64,000 nucleotides of DNA from Macrostomum lignano (taxonomy: Eukaryota). Below are positions 1-12,997 of the stretch, piece after piece. Both the position numbers and the translations under genes were made by a program. The stretch lies in assembly GCA_002269645.1 (NCBI GenBank), contig NIVC01002837.1, positions 72,771-136,770 on the forward strand, read 5' to 3'. Each line of letters opens with the position of its first letter. The stretch's first letter is position 1. The notes under the pieces were generated by a model. It made no database searches, was not told where the DNA came from, and saw only the letters and a program-made list of their open reading frames with translations.

Positions 1-400
1 ACCCTAAACTCCATCGCAAACCCTAAACTCCATCACAAACCCTAAACTTCATCACAAATCCTAAACTCCATCACAAACCCTAAACTCCATCACAAATCCT
101 AAACTCCATCACAAATCCTAAACTCCATCACAAACCCTAAACTCCATCACAAACCCTAAACTCCATCGCAAACCCTAAACTCCATCACAAACCCTAAACT
201 TCATCACAAATCCTAAACTCCATCACAAACCCTAAACTCCATCACAAATCCTAAACTCCATCACAAATCCTAAACTCCATCACAAACCCTAAACTTCATC
301 ACAAATCCTAAACTCCATCGCAAATCCTAAACTCCATCACAAACCCTTCAACTTCATCACAAACCCCAAACTTTAATCACAAACCCTTAATCTTTAACCG
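1..400. repeat. 19-bp minisatellite (AACCCTAAACTCCATCACA)n, truncated by window start
   Basis: About 19 tandem units read directly, degenerating near 340-400. Confidence 0.95.
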
Positions 401-1014
401 AAACCTTAAGCTCAATGGATATTCACAATCGCAACTAAAAAAACTAAATTTATGCCTTTTTTCGCCAAGTAGTTTACAATCCAGATAGCTTTAATAGCTA
501 CAAGTAGTCAATGGCTAAGGCGGCGTTATTGGTGAGATACGTAGCCTCTCTGTCCGGGTAATAAATGAATAGTACCCGTCAAGATTAGCAAATTAATAGT
601 GAGCCAGGTGGCTTCAAAAACAGTTTTTTAGCTACTTCTCATCAGCTCTTATCTCTTCTCCTCAGACTTTCTGAGACTTTTTATCAGAAAATTATTAATA
701 ACGAATAGTCCTTTATCGGAGAGAAAAGGCTCGCTTCGCTTCATTTAAAATCCAAGCCGTCGGATTAATCTTGGCATTCGTGGAAACTGACTGAATGAAT
801 AAATTGAGCTTTCTAAGCTATTATGATTTTTAACCCTAAAAGCAGAAGACCCCAACTCCGATGGGAAATCCGAAAAAGTCCCTATCTCGATTAACAATCT
901 TCATCAAATTAACAAAACTGATTGATGCTGGCTTGCTTTCTTCAGCTTCACTGACACTGCCCGTCTCAAAACTGACTGTGCCAAATCTTCTTGGCTGCAA
1001 CTGTCTTCTGCTCC

Positions 1015-1500
1015 TTCATCTCTCTGACTCTCCTCATCTACTTCTCTGAATCTCATTATCTACTTCTCTGACTCTCATTAGCTACTTCTCTGACTCTCCT
1101 CATCTACTTCTCTGACTCTCATTATCTACTTCTCTGACTCTCCTCATCTACTTCTCTGACTCTCATTATCTACTTCTCTGACTCTCCTCATCTACTTCTC
1201 TGACTCTCATTATCTACTTCTCTGACTCTCATTATCTACTTCCCTGACTCTCATCATCTACTTCTATGATTTACATTATCTACTGTGACTCTCATTATCT
1301 ACTTCTCTGACTCTCATTATCTACTTCTCTGACTCTCATTATCTACTTCCCTGACTCTCATCATCTACTTCTATGATTTACATTATCTACTGTGACTCTC
1401 ATCATTTACTTCTCAGACTCTCATTATCTACTTCTGAGTCTCTTTATCTACTTCTCTGACTCTCATTATCTACCTCTCTGAATCTCCATATCTACGCCTC
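1015..1500. repeat. 22/25-bp pyrimidine-rich minisatellite (TCTACTTCTCTGACTCTCATTA)n
   Basis: Tandem units with CTCATTA/CTCCTCA variants. Confidence 0.93.
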
Positions 1501-2159
1501 TTTCTGCCTCCAATCTAAATCTCCTGTCTACCTTACTCTACCTCTCATCTCTTCATATCTACCCTCTATCTCTTCTTAATATCTCACACGCTTCCATCTA
1601 CCGAACTCAAAATATTTCTACTCAGCTTCCTTTCTCCCCTTCATCCCAACACCCAGACCTGTCATCTCCAATTTTCCCACGGCGGCTCGTGCGAGTTAAA
1701 GGATCGAAGCTTTTTGGCCTCCTAAAATAAATTTGATCCCAAATTAAGAGTCAGGGGAGAGGATTATGATTAAGCAGTGGGTGGATAATTATGTTACGTA
1801 ATTTGGTATTAAACGGATAGGCGCAGGCAGCAAAAATGAGTAGATGAGTAAAAGATGGGAAATGGCACAGAGAGCTCACTGCAGCATGTGAGGCCATTAA
1901 GGCCTTAGTAGGGCTTGATGATGAACGCTGATGCAGCAGAGGCGAGCATAAAGATGAGTCAATTAACGACATTGTTGGCGTATAGTGCAGCATGCGAGCC
2001 ATTGTTATGAATTTACTGATTGTATTGTATTTTTTCTCTACAGTCAGATTTAATTATAAACTCAGGAACTTCATGGCGACGTCATAAAAACCCTGTACGG
2101 CTTTATTGAACCAATAATTTTTTTGTTATTTAACCAATTATCAATGATAGTTCACATGA

Positions 2160-3920
2160 ATGGCGCCCCATCAAATGAAATGGCGCCTCTATCAAATGAA
2201 ATGGCGCCCCCAAAAAATGAAATGGCGCCTCCAGCAGATGAAATGGCGACCCACTAAATGAAATGGCGCCTTCAGCAAAGGAAATGGCGACCCACGAAAT
2301 GAAATGGCGCCTCCAGCAGAGGAAATGGCGACCCACGAAATGAAATGGCGCCTCCAGCAGAGGAAATGGCGACCCACGAAATGAAATGGCGCCTCCAGCA
2401 GAGGAAATGGCGACCCACGAAATGAAATGGCGCCTCCAGCAGAGGAAATGGCGACCCACTAAATGAAATAGCGCCCCATCAAATGAAATGGCGCTCCCAT
2501 CAAATAAAATGGCGCCTCTGTCAAATGACATGGCGTCCCCATCAAATGAAATGGCGCCCCTGTCAAATGAAATGGCGCCCCATCAAATGAAATGGTGCTC
2601 CCATCAAATGAAATGGCGCCCCCATCAAATGAAATGGCGCCTCCATCAAATGAAATGGCGCCCCCATCAAATGAAATGGCGCCCCATCAAATGAAATGGT
2701 GCTCCCATCAAATGAAATGGCGCCCCCATCAAATGAAATGGCGCCCCTGTCAAATGAAATGGCGCCCCATCAAATGAAATGGTGCTCCCATCAAATGAAA
2801 TGGCGCCCCCATCAAATGAAATGGCGCCCCCATCAAATGAAATGGCGCCCCTGTCAAATGAAATGGCGCCCCATCAAATGAAATGGTGCTCCCATCAAAT
2901 GAAATGGCGCCCCCATCAAATGAAATGGCGCCCCCATCAAATGAAATGGTGCTCCCATCAAATGAAATGGCGCCTGTATCAAATGAAATGGCGCCTCCAT
3001 CAAACGAAATGGCGCCCCAATAAATGAAATGGCGCCTCTGTCAAATGACATGGCGTCCCCATCAAATGAAATGGCGCCCCTGTCAAATGAAATGGCGCCC
3101 CATCAAATGAAATGGTGCTCCCATCAAATGAAATGGCGCCCCCATCAAATGAAATGCTGCTCCCATCAAATGAAATGGCGCCTGTATCAAATGAAATGGC
3201 GCCTCCATCAAACGAAATGGCGCCCCAATAAATGAAATGGCGCCTCTGTCAAATGACATGGCGTCCCCATCAAATGAAATGGCGCCTCTGTCAAATGACA
3301 TGGCGTCCCCATCAAATGAAATGGCGCCCCTGTCAAATGAAATGGCGCCCCATCAAATGAAATGGTGCTCCCATCAAATGAAATGGCGCCCCATCAAATG
3401 AAATGGTGCTCCCATCAAATGAAATGGCGCCCCATCAAATGAAATGGCGACCCACTAAATGAAATGGCGCCCCATCAAATGAAATGGCGCTCCCATCAAA
3501 TGAAAGGGCGCCTCTGTCAAATGATATGGCGTCCCCATCAAATGAAATGGCGCCCCATCAAATGAAATGGCGCCCCATCAAATGAAATGGTGCTCCCATC
3601 AAATGAAATGGTGCTCCCATCAAATGGAATGGCGCCCCTGTCAAACGAAATGGCGACCCACTAAATGAAATGGCGCCCCATCAAATGAAATGGCGCTCCC
3701 ATCAAATGAAAGGGCGCCTCTGTCAAATGATATGGCGTCCCCATCAAATGAAATGGCGCCCCATCAAATGAAATGGCGCCCCATCAAATGAAATGGTGCT
3801 CCCATCAAATGAAATGGCGCCCCCATCAAATGAAATGGCGCCCCTGTCAAATGAAATGGCGCCCCATCAAATGAAATGGCGCCTATATCAAATGAAATGC
3901 CGCCCCTGTCGAATGAAATG
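2160..3920. repeat. 20-21-bp GGCGCC-core minisatellite (ATCAAATGAAATGGCGCCCC)n
   Basis: About 1.75 kb of tandem units; source of the many MAPPSNE/HQMKWRP ORFs. Confidence 0.97.
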
Positions 3921-4704
3921 GGAAGCTGAGTCGCAGGATTTTCAAATAAAAATTCTCATCTCATGCAAAGACACATTTTATTCTGAATTTCATTTGATAA
4001 AGTTTTCTAACGCAGGTAATACATTTATATATATAAGAAAGACTAATAAGCTTGGAAATCTTGAAAAACAACACTGAACTTGAATTCCATTGGGAATCTG
4101 GGATTAAATGGAAATCAATGAATATTTTCTACAGCTAATTAGATAAAGGTAGTTCAAGCTGGATTAGAACAGAGTCCTAGGGCTAAGGCTAGTGCTAGGG
4201 TTTGGGTTTCCGAGTGATTTTCTCGAGAAAAAAGTTCAAACCTTCCTCGGCCGCATTAGTCACAGATATAGTACTACAGTACGTGCCCCTCGTAGTTAAA
4301 TTCGAAATCCGATATTTGCGAGGTTGTTTATTCTATAGTTGGAATACTAGTGAGGAAATTGAAGGTCCCACGGTCCGCCAGACTCCTCCTTCATCTGGTT
4401 CGACCGGCGGAATCTGCTGTTCTTGGTGCGTGCGCCGCCCACCGTGCGTTCGTAATTTAAAGAAAAAATTACACGGACGTAACTTTGGAAGCTGAGGAAG
4501 GACCAAATGAACCGATTTTTAAGTGGCTGCTTCAGGTTCCGAAGACGGGAAGTGAGTTTTTTCAAGTGACTGGAAAATAGAAGCTTTTAAATGTCAGTCA
4601 GTACTATAAAAATGTGGCTAAGTGCCCCTATACCACAGTACAGGCAAGGGCATCTTCCTGACTGTAGCACAGGGGGGTCTGGAATAGCGCCGACCCGTCT
4701 TAGT

Positions 4705-5017
4705 ATCTGGGAGGCTGGCCCAGCAACTGAGGATCTGGGAGGCTGGCCCAGCCACTGAGGATCTGGGAGGCTGGCCCAGCAACTGAGGATCTGGGAGGCT
4801 GGCCCAGCAACTGAGGATCTGGGAGGCTGGCCCAGCAACTGAGGATCTGGGAGGCTGGCCCAGCAACTGAGGATCTGGGAGGCTGGCCCAGAAACTGAGG
4901 ATCTGGGAGGCTGGCCCAGCAACTGAGGATCTGGGAGGCTGGCCCAGCAACTGAGGATCTGAGAAGCTGGCCCAGCAATTGAGGATCTGGGAGGCTGGCC
5001 CAGCAACTGAGGATCTG
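4705..5017. repeat. 28-bp minisatellite (GGAGGCTGGCCCAGCAACTGAGGATCTG)n
   Basis: About 11 near-identical units. Confidence 0.96.
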
Positions 5018-5444
5018 AAAGGACGACCCAGTACTGATAATTTGGAAGAGTAGGTGGTACTACTTGAGAACCATTATGATCATTAAAAATCGACGAAAAA
5101 AACAACTCAGAGTCAGAGCTGAGTTTGGGTACGATTTTTTTAAAGTGCCACAGCCTGAGAAAGCAGCAGATCAGGCTGAGCATGCTGCGAGCTCACCGAT
5201 GCTCCGTCATCTCATCCATCGGCCCCTGCGTGGGTTTTTTATTTCAAGCTTTCTTACACCAGCCTTGCAAACTAATTTTAAATATAACTTAAAAAACACG
5301 AATGAATGGAAGTTTCTAGGAAATAGTTTAACAAAATTCAGCCGACTGTTAATTAACTGTCGCGGACTTAAAAAAAGGATTAAAAGGAAAAGCAAACCTT
5401 AACAAAAGATTAGATTGAAAAATGAGCTAGATACCTTTTTCACA

Positions 5445-5695
5445 TGGAATTTCCCAAATCCCAGATCACAATTTCCCAAATCCCAGATCGCAATCCCATA
5501 AATCCCAGGTCCCAATCTCATAAATCCCGGAACCCATAAATCCCAGATCCCAATCCCATAAATCCCAGATCCCAATCCCATAAATCCCAGATCCCAATTC
5601 CATAAATCCCAGGCCCTAATCCCATAAATCCCAGATCCCAATCCCATAAATCCCAGATCCCATAAATCCCAGGTCCCATAAATCATAGATCCCAA
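5445..5695. repeat. ~22-bp minisatellite (CCCATAAATCCCAGATCCCAAT)n
   Basis: Tandem units just downstream of LHFPL-like exon 2. Confidence 0.93.
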
Positions 5696-5820
5696 TCCTA
5701 CAAATCCTTATCCTGAGATTTGAATAGGACTTTCTTAGAAATCCTAGTTTCCCCTAGATCCAAGGTGATCCCTAGAAATTGCATATCATTGAGCAATCGC
5801 AAAAATTGGCCAAAACTCAC

Positions 5821-6025
5821 AGCTGAACGCCTGGGCAACCCCGCAGATGGCCACCACCGACCGGATGCGCAGGATGAACAGCCGGAAGCCGGTGAAAGCC
5901 AGGAAGAAAGTCAATAACAGCAGCAGGCAGCAGGCGGTGGCCATCAGGACGAAGGCCAACTTCCACAGCGGGCTGGGGATCTCGGCGAAGTGGCGATAAT
6001 GAGCGCAGTCCATCACCAGACGGAC
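5821..6025 (-). CDS. LHFPL: LHFPL/TMHS-family tetraspan protein, coding exon 2
   Basis: Acceptor CCCAG at 6026-6030, donor GTGAGT starting at 5820. Translates VRLVMDCAHYRHFAEIPSPLWKLAFVLMATACCLLLLL...VAICGVAQAFS, matching the LHFPL C-x-x-Y-x-x-F-x-E-I-P-S-x-x-W motif plus TM2/TM3. Joins exon 1 in phase 0. Confidence 0.85.
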
Positions 6026-6199
6026 CTGGGTGGGTTGAGCCAAGGTTGAGGATCGATCAATGTACATTGTATTGTAAATTTTGGCTGTCAAATAACCTCG
6101 AGATTTTGAGTAGTATCTGAATGACCTTGAAAGTTACAGTCAAGCCATAATAGCCCTGAAAGGGTATAGGAATCTAACTACAGCTAGACGACCTTGAAA

Positions 6200-6875
6200 T
6201 TTTTGGGTCTGAATTCAATTGACCTTGAATGGATGGGGCCTGAATTTAAATGACCTTGAAAGAATCGGGTCTGAAACCGAATGAAATTGGAAGGATGGGG
6301 TCTGAAATCAAATGACCTTGGAATCGGAAGAATGGTTTTTGAATTAAAATGACCTTAAAAGAATGGGGTCTGAAATCAAATGACCTTCAAAAGGTACTGT
6401 GTGAGAAGTCAAATGACCTTAAAAGAATGGGTCGAAATCAAATGACTTTGAAAGAATGGGTCGAAGTTAAAGACCTTGAAAGAATGGGGTCTGAAATCAA
6501 ATGACCTTCAAAAGGTAGTGTCGGAAGTCAAATGACCTTGAAAGAATGGGTCGAAGTCAAATGACTTTGAAAGAATGGGTCGAAGTTAAAGACCTTGAAA
6601 GAATGGGGTCTGAAATCAAATGACCTTCAAAAGGTAGTGTCGGAAGTCAAATGACCTTGAAAGAATGGGTCGGAAGTCAAATGACCTTGAAGGAATGGGT
6701 CGAAGTTAAATGACCTTGAAAGAATGGGTCAAAGTCAAATGACCTTGAAAGAATGGGTCAAAGTCAAATGACCTTGAAAGAATGGGTCAAAGTCAAATGA
6801 CCTTGAAAGAATGGGTCAAAGTCAAATGACCTTGAAAGAATGGGTCAAAATCAAATGACCTTGAAAGAATGAGAT
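6200..6875. repeat. 29-bp intronic minisatellite (GAATGGGTCAAAGTCAAATGACCTTGAAA)n
   Basis: Tandem units, degenerate on the left and homogeneous on the right; lies in LHFPL-like intron 1. Confidence 0.95.
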
Positions 6876-6966
6876 CGGATCTACCAAAATGACATTGAAA
6901 GGTGACACCAAAGTTATTCAGCTATTTTCTCGAAATTCCAAGCAAATAAAATTAAAACAAGCTCAC

Positions 6967-7404
6967 CTGTCCATCAACCTGTCTAGGATAGGCGCACAGC
7001 CTGAACAGGCCCAAATCGCTGAGCTGTTTTTTAACATTGCTGGCCTCCCGGCTGCCTTTGAGCCAGTAGGGCAGCAGGAAGCCGGCGGCGGTCATCATGC
7101 CGCCAACCCAGCACATGAACACCCAGCCGACCCACAGGCAGCGCAGGTTGAAGGCTGCCACGGCCGACGCGGCGGCGTCTTTCGACGACAGTACGGCCAC
7201 CATGTCGGAGCGCTGCTGACCACCGCTGCTGGACGAACTCGCCGTGGCAGCAGCTTTGCGTCTCTCAAGAAGCTGGTCGGTCTTGCTGGATGCGGCTGCG
7301 GCTGCGGCCGCGGCGGCATCTGAGTAGCTCTCCATGGATTTGTGGCTGCGGTGATGAAGCGGCGGGCGTCCGTTTCCGTTTCCGTTGCATCCGTTTGAGC
7401 GCAT
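6967..7404 (-). CDS. LHFPL: LHFPL/TMHS-family tetraspan protein, coding exon 1
   Basis: ATG at 7404 (alternative downstream Met MESY). Poly-Ala N-terminus, TM1 (LWVGWVFMCWVGGMMTAAGFLLPYWLKG) and LGLFRLC motif. Donor CAG|GTGAGC at 6966; upstream acceptor TTCCCAG near 7441. Confidence 0.85.
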
Positions 7405-7596
7405 ATTGCGGTTTCACGCCGCCGCTTCGCTGCCAATTCTGGGAAGTTGTTTTTGAGTACACACTTTTTGAGAGGCAAGATTAGTTTTTGTTATTTTACA
7501 AAAAACTATTAAGGCAATAAGGCTCAAACAGTTTCTCCATCAGATTTTTAGAGGTAGAGCTCTAGAGATGACTGAAGGATCTAAACTACAGTACAG

Positions 7597-8320
7597 GGGT
7601 GATTCTTAAAGTGGTTGAGTCGGGGGTGATTCTCAAACTGGTTGAGTCGGGGGTGATTCTCAAACTGGTTGAGTCAGAGAGCGATTCTCAAACTGGTTGA
7701 GTCAGAGAGCGATTCTCAAACTGGTTGAGTCAGAGGGCGATTCTGAGACTGGTTGAGTCAGAGGGCGATTCTGAGACTGGTTGAGTCAGAGAGCGATTCT
7801 CAAACTGGTTGAGTCAGAGAGCGATTCTCAGACTGGTTGAGTCAGAGAGCGATTCTCAAGCTGGTTGAGTCAGAGAGCGATTCTCAAACTGGTTGAGTCA
7901 GAGAGCGATTCTCAAACTGGTTGAGTCAGAGAGCGATTCTCAAACTGGTTGAGTCAGAGGGCGATTCTGAGACTGGTTGAGTCAGAGGGCGATTCTGAGA
8001 CTGGTTGAGTCAGAGGGCGATTTTGAGACTGGTGAGTCAGAGGGCGATTCTGAGACTGGTTGAGTCAGAGAGCGATTCTGAGACTGGTTGAGTCAGAGAG
8101 CGATTCTCAAACTGGTTGAGTCAGAGAGCGATTCTCAAACTGGTTGAGTCAGAGGGCGATTCTCAAACTGGTTGAGTCAGAGGGCGATTCTCAAACTGGT
8201 TGAGTCAGAGGGCGATTCTCAAACTGGTTGAGTCAGAGGGCGATTCTCAGAGTGGTTGAGTCAGAGGGCGATTCTGAGACTGGTTGAGTCAGAGGGCGAT
8301 TCTCAGAGTGGTTGAGTCAC
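7597..8320. repeat. 28-bp minisatellite (CTGGTTGAGTCAGAGAGCGATTCTCAAA)n
   Basis: About 25 units; most contain TGAGTCA. Confidence 0.96.
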
Positions 8321-11300
8321 CGAGTGAGGGCGGGGGTACAGTTAAAGCGTTTGAGTCAGTCAGATTTCAGATAGAACTCTTCAGTCAATTGTCAGTTGCA
8401 TGTCATTAGAATGAGTGTCATTAATAACTTTCTTTAGACGAGTCTTTTCATTAAACACTAGTTCACGATTGCATTCAGTGGCATTCGCCCACCTGTAGTA
8501 CAGTTCCTGCCTGCCTGATTAAGCTAATCGCTAAACTCACGCTCAAGCATGCGCGCCCAGGATTTCTTTATAAGATAAGATTGTCACGCGGGAAAGAGGC
8601 TGTAATCCGAGAAGAAAAATTCGTAAGAGTCGTCAATCTTGTCGTTGGAAAATCTCGCGCGACAAGGCAAAGGCGGGAGGACCCACACCTATTTGCTGGC
8701 TTCTGTTCTGACTGGCCAGGTGAGAGCAAATGGATATGGGCAGGTAGGCAGGCAGATGGTCTCGCATTTCACAGAGCCCATGCAGACTGTTAATTACGCT
8801 AACACTGTTATAGGGGCGGAGGCCTCTACCCTGCCTGCTCCCCTCGCCGTAAAACAATTATCGATCTAATAATCAGTGCGAGGTGTGGATGGACCTGATT
8901 TTAACAGCTCTGATAAGCCAATGTAGGTCTACCGTTTACTCCCTCTTCGGAGCCAAAAACCAACCCTGGCTCGTACTGATAAGGGCGATAATTATCACGT
9001 TATAGTTATTAAAGGTTGGGCAATGGGCAACATAACATTGTTTTTGTGCTACGTGCTAAATCACGTGATGCCAATTAGTAAATTAGTTACACCCTTTGTC
9101 TCGTACTTTGTTAGTCAGATAACTGAAAAGCTAACTGAAATAAATATTTCACAATGGTTTTATCAGAAAAAAAGTATTTGCTATTAGATGACGAGGCGGA
9201 GACTACTACAACTGAAGATATAGTTACTCACGCCGTTTGCCTAGCTGATTGCTATGACAAAAAATACTGCGAGGCATAGTCTATACTCCAGCCAATGTTT
9301 CAGCTTTTCAAAGACGATAATGGAAGGCAAATTTGTTTTACAAGAGGGTTATAGCAGCCAGAGCTCGACTGCCTACCTACCTTGCCTTCCCTATTGCAAG
9401 ACAGGTAAGCCAGGTACCTATCAATCAATCCGACAATCCCAATACGGAAAGCACTTATAGAGAGTAAAATATTCGAATGGATCGATAGAATGTACTTTTA
9501 TTCTGCTGCAATCGGGGATATTGCCACTTTGAAAATAGAATACTGCCTTCACTGTGTCTAATCTAACCTACGCTGGCGCAGGTAAAAAACCTCATTCTAA
9601 TGCTCTCCATTGCGATGAGAGATGGGGGAGGGAGTCTGCATAGTACGTCAGCCAGTTTAACTGAATCGGGGACACACCGCGGCAGAGGGCACTATTATGA
9701 AGCCATGGATGAGACTTAGAAGACAATCGAGAGGCATAGAAGAGGGGAAGAGAGATAAAGAGTTGGGAGAGTAGCTGAGTAGCTCTGCTCAGTGCCAAAA
9801 CTCACCTATCCGGGCCTTGTGACTAGTAGGGACTAGATTAGGCCTCTTTATAATAATGGTAGAAGCTTTGGAAAGTGGGGGAAACATGAATACATGCATG
9901 GCATGCCATCGGCCTTGCATAGGTGAAATTCTGTCACAGTATTCAAAGGCAGGCGGAGTTCAAAATCAAATAGAACAAAAGAGGCACAGAGCAGAACAAA
10001 GCAAAAATGACAGGCTGCCTGCTGCAGCCGCAGGCTATGACTGACTGTGTTGGCTTCTTCTAAAAGCAATATTATCCGCTAAAAGCAATCGAAACGAATA
10101 TACAGGCGATGAATTCGAAACAGCGATTTTTATTTTGTTTAGTCTGAGTCTGAGAAAAAGCGATAATAAACCAGGAGAGTCAGCTGAAACAGAGCAATTA
10201 CTAACCTTGTCTTTTGTTAATCTGTTGCTTGAATTCTTGCACCAGCGACAGGCAGAAAAGAAAAGATGCTCTCTAGCAGTCTTTCTATGTTCTTTCGCTT
10301 CTTTGATCAAATCAAAAAAATTGCTCCGAGTTTGCTGTCCTCTGACAAGCTTTCAGACTCGTGAGAGATGAAATAAAAAGATACAGCTGCGAGTCTGGTC
10401 TCCGCCCCTCTTCTTTTCTTCTTAATAATAATAATAATTGCAAATTGGCGAAGAACAAGCAGAGCGCAGAATGAGCGGTTCCAGTGCGGGCGGGAGAGGG
10501 CCCTGCTTACACTGCACAGTTGTGTTTGTTTTAAGCCTTTGCCAGTATAAAATACATACGCCACTATAGCCGACTAACGCTATTGCCTGTATTATTAATA
10601 CAAAAAATTTTTCGCCCTGTTATTTAGTAGTAGTACTAGTAGGCCCCTCACTTCGCATTTGCGCGCTATTCCTATTTTATATTTAAGCCAAGCCATCCGG
10701 CCGTCACCCAATAGCGCACCCACCCCCTCCCTACCCCCCCCCCCCGCAGACTCTGCCGTTCTCTCCCTTGTCATTCGTCGTTGGTCTGTTGAATTCGATA
10801 GGGAGAGGGGGCTAGCTTGGGGGTTGGTACAACCCGTCTTTTCCTTCCCTCGTTCCCCCTGCCCCCTGGAGGGGGAGGGGCTATACTGGCTGAGGGGAGG
10901 AGCGAGTCCTCCGGAGTTTATCTGGTGGGGAGGGTCCGGCGGACTGGATAGGGTTGGGCTATTGGCGAAGGACCGGCCTTCCTCCTGCTTCTTAACGGGG
11001 TTTGTGTCTGTAGACTGTCGTTTTTAATGCATCTATCTTACCACCCCTTAACCCACCTATCTTTGCCTACCCCTTCCGGGCCTCCTTCTCCCCACGTTCG
11101 TTCCTCCAAACTTCTTTTCCTTTCCCAGCTGCTTCAATCCTTCCTGTTCCCGCAAGGGATCATATTAAAAAAGCTTAATGCTCCTCGCCTCGCCTGCATG
11201 GGCCCGGCCGTGACTTTTTTATTGCCCTTGCGATTATGATGATTTCAATACCGTAATTCCCATCCTTTTAAACTGAGCGAGCTCGTACATTGTACTATTA

Positions 11301-12029
11301 AAAGGACATCTGACGTTCATTACAAAGTAGCTACCTACCGTATGTACTTTGCTAGAATTTTATTCGTATTTTCTCTTTGACTTTAGGTTTCTGATTCTGA
11401 GTTTTTCTTAGGGATCATAATTCATAACAGCCTTAGGCATGCCTCCAATACGCATTAGTGATCTACATTATTATTACTAAGCCGAGACCGTGCGACATTG
11501 ACTGATGGGTTCTCCTGATGACGATGAAGCTGGAAACAGTTTCACTTCTGCTTCGAGAGGCCAGCATATGAAAGCCTCTGGGCTGGCCGCCACTCTGCTT
11601 GCTTCGCTAGCCATGGGGAACAAACAGTTCTGACGTGCGAGGATGCAGTCGCGATTACGCAATCGCGCAAAACTATAAAAGGCGATGACGGTTTGGCAGG
11701 CTGTATGGGCAACAGAATCAGTTTGCTTTGTAGGCGCCAAGGCGTTACCAGGGGCTGTTTAAATGGAAGGTTTAGCCTGGCTTTTAGTCAACAAAAGCAT
11801 GCGCGTTTGCATGCATTTCCTGTAAATATACAGCAGCCAGTGTTACAGGGGATGGGCAGGGGGAAGTCCGCCTGTCTGTCTGCGTCCATCCACATTTATA
11901 TGTGCTGCAGAACCGTGGGAGAACTCTACGAGAACTGGCTCACAAATAAGAATTTGCAGATGATGTTGGGCTAGTTCACTATATAAGAAAGTTATTATGT
12001 AAGATCGCTCTCAAATATACCTATTTGTA

Positions 12030-12450
12030 GGCCCTAACTACCATTTTGTAGCCCATAACTACCTTTTTGTAGCCCTAAACTACCAGTTTGTCGTCCTTAA
12101 CTACAATTTTATAGCTCTCAACTACCATTTTGTTGTCCTAAACTACCATTTTGTAGTCCTAAAGTACCATTCTGTAGTCCTAAACTACCATTCTGTAGTC
12201 CTAAACTACCAATCTTTAGTCCTTAACTACCATTTTGTAGCCCTAAACTACCATTTTGTAGCCCTAAACTACCATTTTGTGGCCCTAAACTACATTCTGT
12301 AGTCCTAAACTAACATTCTGTATGGTCCTAAACTACCATTCTGTAGTCCTTAACTACCATTTTGTAGTCCTAAACTACCATTCTGTAGTCCTTAACTACC
12401 ATTTTGTAGTCCTTAACTACCATTTTATAGTCCTAAACTACCATTTTTCA
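12030..12450. repeat. 21-22-bp minisatellite (CCTAAACTACCATTTTGTAGT)n
   Basis: About 19 degenerate tandem units. Confidence 0.93.
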
Positions 12451-12789
12451 GGGTACCATTCACTCTGAAGTACATATACGTAAATACAAGTCCTCTGTAA
12501 TGCACATGCATACGCACGTACATGTATGTACTAGCAGATGGACTAAAGTAAAGTACAGCCGAAGCCTGAAGGCAATATTTTCTATAGTATACACGGTTAC
12601 TACGTATTGTGTACAGTGCATGTACAGCATATGTTAAACACGTGTGTACACATACAGAATATAAGGGACAGATGGGTCTAATTATAATATTTAAAGCCTA
12701 CACAGCATGTTATAAATAGAACAGAATTGAAATCGAATATGTATACACGTGAGCTTGCGACCACTATCACAGCTATATTCATCTCCCTC

Positions 12790-12997
12790 TGTTAATAAGG
12801 TATTGCGGTAACACGCCAGTCTTTGGGGGCCGCGGGTCCAAAGTTGCGCAACCACATACACATGAGCCTAGCCGGTTTCAAAGGCACTGACAGCCCATCT
12901 GCTTCGGTCTGTGGTTATTACAACATGCTTCTTTGTCAATAAAGACCTCCCTCAGCGGGCACTCTCTTCATCTCTCCCCGTCTTCTCGATCCCAACA
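12790..12997 (+). mobile_element. possible solo LTR (208 bp)
   Basis: Begins TGTT and ends AACA. AATAAA at 12938-12943 is followed by a pyrimidine-rich U5-like tract. No target-site duplication found. Confidence 0.35.

Noticed and set aside
1-400. True telomere at the window start
   Set aside because: The unit is 19 bp with only one CCCTAA, not a pure hexamer tract.
5130-5230. Segment as LHFPL exon 3 (MLSLICCFL)
   Set aside because: No acceptor gives the required phase-1 join without an immediate stop, and the YPxGW motif is absent.
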